From: Torpedo marmorata
Taxonomy: Eukaryota
DNA length: 64,000 nucleotides
Assembly: GCA_977017645.1 (NCBI GenBank)
Contig: OZ360233.1
Span: 55,552,001 to 55,616,000, forward strand
Direction of reading: 5' to 3'
The notes beneath the pieces were generated by a model that saw only the letters and a program-made list of their open reading frames with translations, did no database searches and was not told where the DNA came from. A program made the translations under genes and the position numbers. This document shows positions 60,487-64,000 of the stretch, piece after piece. The first letter of the stretch is position 1, and each line of letters begins with the position of its first letter.

Positions 60487-63400
60487 CTCACACACCGGCT
60501 CCCCAGTCCCCTCACTCACACACCGGCTCCCCAGTCCCCTCACTCACACACCGGCTCCCCAGTCCCCTCACTCACACACCGGCTCCCCATTTAACTCACT
60601 CACACACTGGCTCCCCAGTCCCCTCACTCACACACCGGCTCCCCATTCCCTCACTCACACACCGGCTCCCCATTCCCTCACTCACACACCGGCTCCACAG
60701 TCCCCTCACTCACACACCGACTCCCCATTTCCCTCACTCACACACCGGCTCCACAGTCCCCTCACTCACACACCGGCTCCCCAGTCCCCTCACTCACACA
60801 CTAGAGCTCAGCCCCCTCACTCACACACCGGCTCCCCAGTCCCCTCACTCACACACCGGCTCCACAGTCGCCTCACTCACACACCGGCTCCCCAGTTCCC
60901 TCACTCACACACCGGCTCCCCAGTCCCCTCACTTACACACCGGCTCCCCATTTAACTCACTCACACACCGGCTCCCCATTCCCTCACTCACACACCGGCT
61001 CCCCAGTCCCCTCACTCACACACCGGCTCCCCAGTCCCCTCACTCACACACCGGCTCCCCAGTCCCCTCACTCACACACCGGCTCCCCATTCCCTCACTC
61101 ACACACCGGCTCCCCATTCCCTCACTCACACACCGGCTCCCCTGTCCCCTCACTCACACACCGGCTCCCCAGTCCCCTCACTCACACACCGGCTCCCCAG
61201 TCCCCTCACTCACACACCGGCTCCCCAGTCCCCTCACTCACACAACGGCTCCCCAGTCCCCTCACTCACACACCGGCTCCCCAGTCCCCTCACTCACACA
61301 CCGGCTCCCCATTTAACTCACTCACACACCGGCTCCCCATTCCCTCACTCACACACCGGCTCCCCATTCCCTCACTCACACACCGGCTCCCCAGTCCCTC
61401 ACTCACACACCGGCTCCCCATTCCCTCACTCACACACCGGCTCCCCAGTCCCCTCACTCACACACCGGTTCCCCATTCCCTCACTCACACACCGGCTCCC
61501 CAGTCCCCTCACTCACACACCGGCTCCCCAGTTCCCTCACTCACAAACCGGCTCCCCAGTCCCCTCACTCACACACTGGCTCCCCAGTCCCTTCACTCAC
61601 ACACCGGCTCCCCATTTCCCTCACTCACACACGGGCTCCCCAGTCCCCTCACTCACACACCGGCTCCCCAGCCCCCTCACTCACACACCGGCTCCCCAGT
61701 CCCCTCACTCACACACCGGCTCCCCAGTCCCCTCACTCACACACCGGCTCCCCAGTCCCCTCACTCACACACTGGCTCCCCAGCCCCCTCACTCACACAC
61801 TGGCTCCCCAGCCCCCTCACTCACACACCGGCTCCCCAGTCCCCTCACTCACACACTGGCTCCCCAGCCCCCTCACTCACACACCGGCTCCCCAGTTCCG
61901 TCACTCACACACCGGCTCCCCAGTCCCCACACTCACACACCGGCTCCCCAGCCCCCTCACTCACACACCGGCTCCCCAGTCCCCTCACTCACACACCGGC
62001 TCCCCAGTTCCCTCACTCACACACCGGCTCCCCAGTTCCCTCACTCACACACCGGCTCCCCAGTTCCCTCACTCACACACCGGCTCCCCAGTTCCCTCAC
62101 TCACACACCGGCTCCCCAGTTCCCTCACTCACACACCGGCTCCCCATTCCCTCACTCACACACCGGCTCCCCAGTTCCCTCACTCACACACTGGCTCCCC
62201 AGTTCCCTCACTCACACACTGGCTCCCCAGTTCCCTCACTCACACACCGGCTCCCCAGTTCCCTCACTCACACACCGGCTCCCCAGTTCCCTCACTCACA
62301 CACCGGCTCCCCAGTTCCCTCACTCACACACCGGCTCCCCAGTCCCCTCACTCACACACTGGCTCCCCAGTTCCCTCACTCACACACCGGCTCCCCAGTC
62401 CCCTCACTCACACACCGGCTCCCCATTCCCTCACTCACACACCGGCTCCCCAGTTCCCTCACTCACACACCGGCTCCCCAGTTCCCTCACTCACACACCG
62501 GCTCCCCATTCCCTCACTCACACACCGGCTCCCCAGTCCCCTCACTCACACACTGGCTCCCCAGTTCCCTCACTCACACACTGGCTCCCCAGTTCCCTCA
62601 CTCACACACCGGCTCCCCAGTTCCCTCACTCACACACCGGCTCCCCAGTCCCCTCACTCACACACCGGCTCCCCAGTTCCCTCACTCACACACCGGCTCC
62701 CCAGTCCCCTCACTCACACACCGGCTCCACAGTTCCCTCACTCACACACTGGCTCCACAGTTCCCTCACTCACACACCGGCTCCCCATTCCCTCACTCAC
62801 ACACTGGCTCCCCAGTTCCCTCACTCACACAACGGCTCCCCAGTCCCCTCACTCATACACTGGCTCCCCAGTTCCCTCACTCACACACCGGCTCCCCAGT
62901 CCCTCACTTACACACCGGCTCCCCATTTAACTCACTCACACACCGGCTCCCCAGTCCCCTCACTCACACACCGGCTCCCCAGCCCCCTCACTCACACACC
63001 GGCTCCCCATTTAACTCACTCACACACCGGCTCCCCAGTCCCCTCACTCACACACCGGCTCCCCAGTCCCCTCACTCACACACCGGCTCCCCAGTTCCCT
63101 CACTCACACACCGGCTCCCCAGTCCCCTCACTTACACACCGGCTCCCCAGTCCCCTCACTCACACACCGGCTCCCCAGTCCCCTCACTCACACACTGGCT
63201 CCCCATTCCCTGACTCACACACCGGCTCCCCAGTCCCCTCACTCACACACTGGCTCCCCATTCCCTCACTCACACACCGGCTCCCCAGAACCCTCACTCA
63301 CACACTGGCTCCCCATTCCCTCACTCACACACCGGCTCCCCAGTTCCCTCACTCACACACCGGCTCCCCAGTCCCTCACTTACACACCGGCTCCCCATTT

Positions 63401-64000
63401 AACTCACTCACACACCGGCTCCCCATTCCCTCACTCACACACCGGCTCCCCATTTAACTCACTCACACACCGGCTCCCCAGTCCCCTCACTCACACACCG
63501 GCTCCCCAGTCCCCTCACTCACACACCGGCTCCCCAGTTCCCTCACTCACACACCGGCTCCCCAGTCCCCTCACTCACACACCGGCTCCCCATTCCCTCA
63601 CTCACACACCGGCTCCCCATTCCCTCACTCACACACCGGCTCCACAGTCCCCTCACTCACACACCGGCTCCCCAGTCCCCTCACTCACACACCGGCTCCC
63701 CATTCCCTCACTCACACACCGGCTCCCCATTCCCTCACTCACACACCGGCTCCCCATTCCCCTCACTCACACACCGGCTCCCCATTCCCTCACTCACACA
63801 CCGGCTCCCCATTCCCTCACTTACACACCGGCTCCCCATTCCCTCACTCACACACCGGCTCCCCATTTAACTCACTCACACACCGGCTCCCCAGTCCCCT
63901 CACTCACACACTAGCTCCCCAGTCCCCTCACTCACACACCGGCTCCCCATTTAACTCACTCACACACCGGCTCCCCAGTTCCCTCACTCACACACCGGCT
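60487..64000. repeat. 27-28-bp minisatellite (CACTCACACACCGGCTCCCCAGTCCCCT), roughly 125 units, running off the window end
   Basis: Highly homogeneous tandem units with recurrent variants (AGTTCCCT, ATTCCCT, ATTTAACT). Confidence 0.98.

Noticed and set aside
60093-61316. 407-aa ORF with HTPAPQSPHS repeats
   Set aside because: Produced by the stop-poor 28-bp minisatellite cycling through frames, with TE remnants at its start.
60487-64000. Possible CRISPR-like array (28-bp repeats)
   Set aside because: Units are directly adjacent with no unique spacers; vertebrate context; no cas genes.

Overview
Eukaryotic, repeat-dominated DNA, almost certainly from a cartilaginous fish (probably a ray/skate), inferred from HE1-type V-SINEs and CR1, Rex1/Babar, Penelope and L1 families. 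Two spliced host genes lie on the minus strand. The first is the last four coding exons of a CD53-like tetraspanin (58664-45298). The second is an unidentified gene whose 2.56-kb last exon (5442-2881) encodes a Pro/Glu/Lys/Ser-rich repeat protein, with a likely upstream exon containing a myristoylation-like MGNNKS start. The rest is nested transposable elements: a very young full-length Gypsy element with 261-bp near-identical LTRs, a related Gypsy element carrying three secondary insertions, a Mag-like Gypsy element, solo LTRs, MITEs, and many Penelope-derived fold-back elements with minimal hammerhead ribozyme motifs. The most notable signals are (1) a Gypsy element with no tRNA primer-binding site but a 12-nt perfect complement to its own LTR poly(A)-signal region, suggesting self-priming; (2) hammerhead-bearing Penelope fold-backs, twice inserted at or beside another element's ribozyme; (3) a CD53 exon bracketed by inverted (CCATC)n arrays; and (4) a 28-bp intronic minisatellite carrying a GTGAGT donor motif in nearly every unit. 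All calls were made by eye; boundaries of decayed repeats are approximate.
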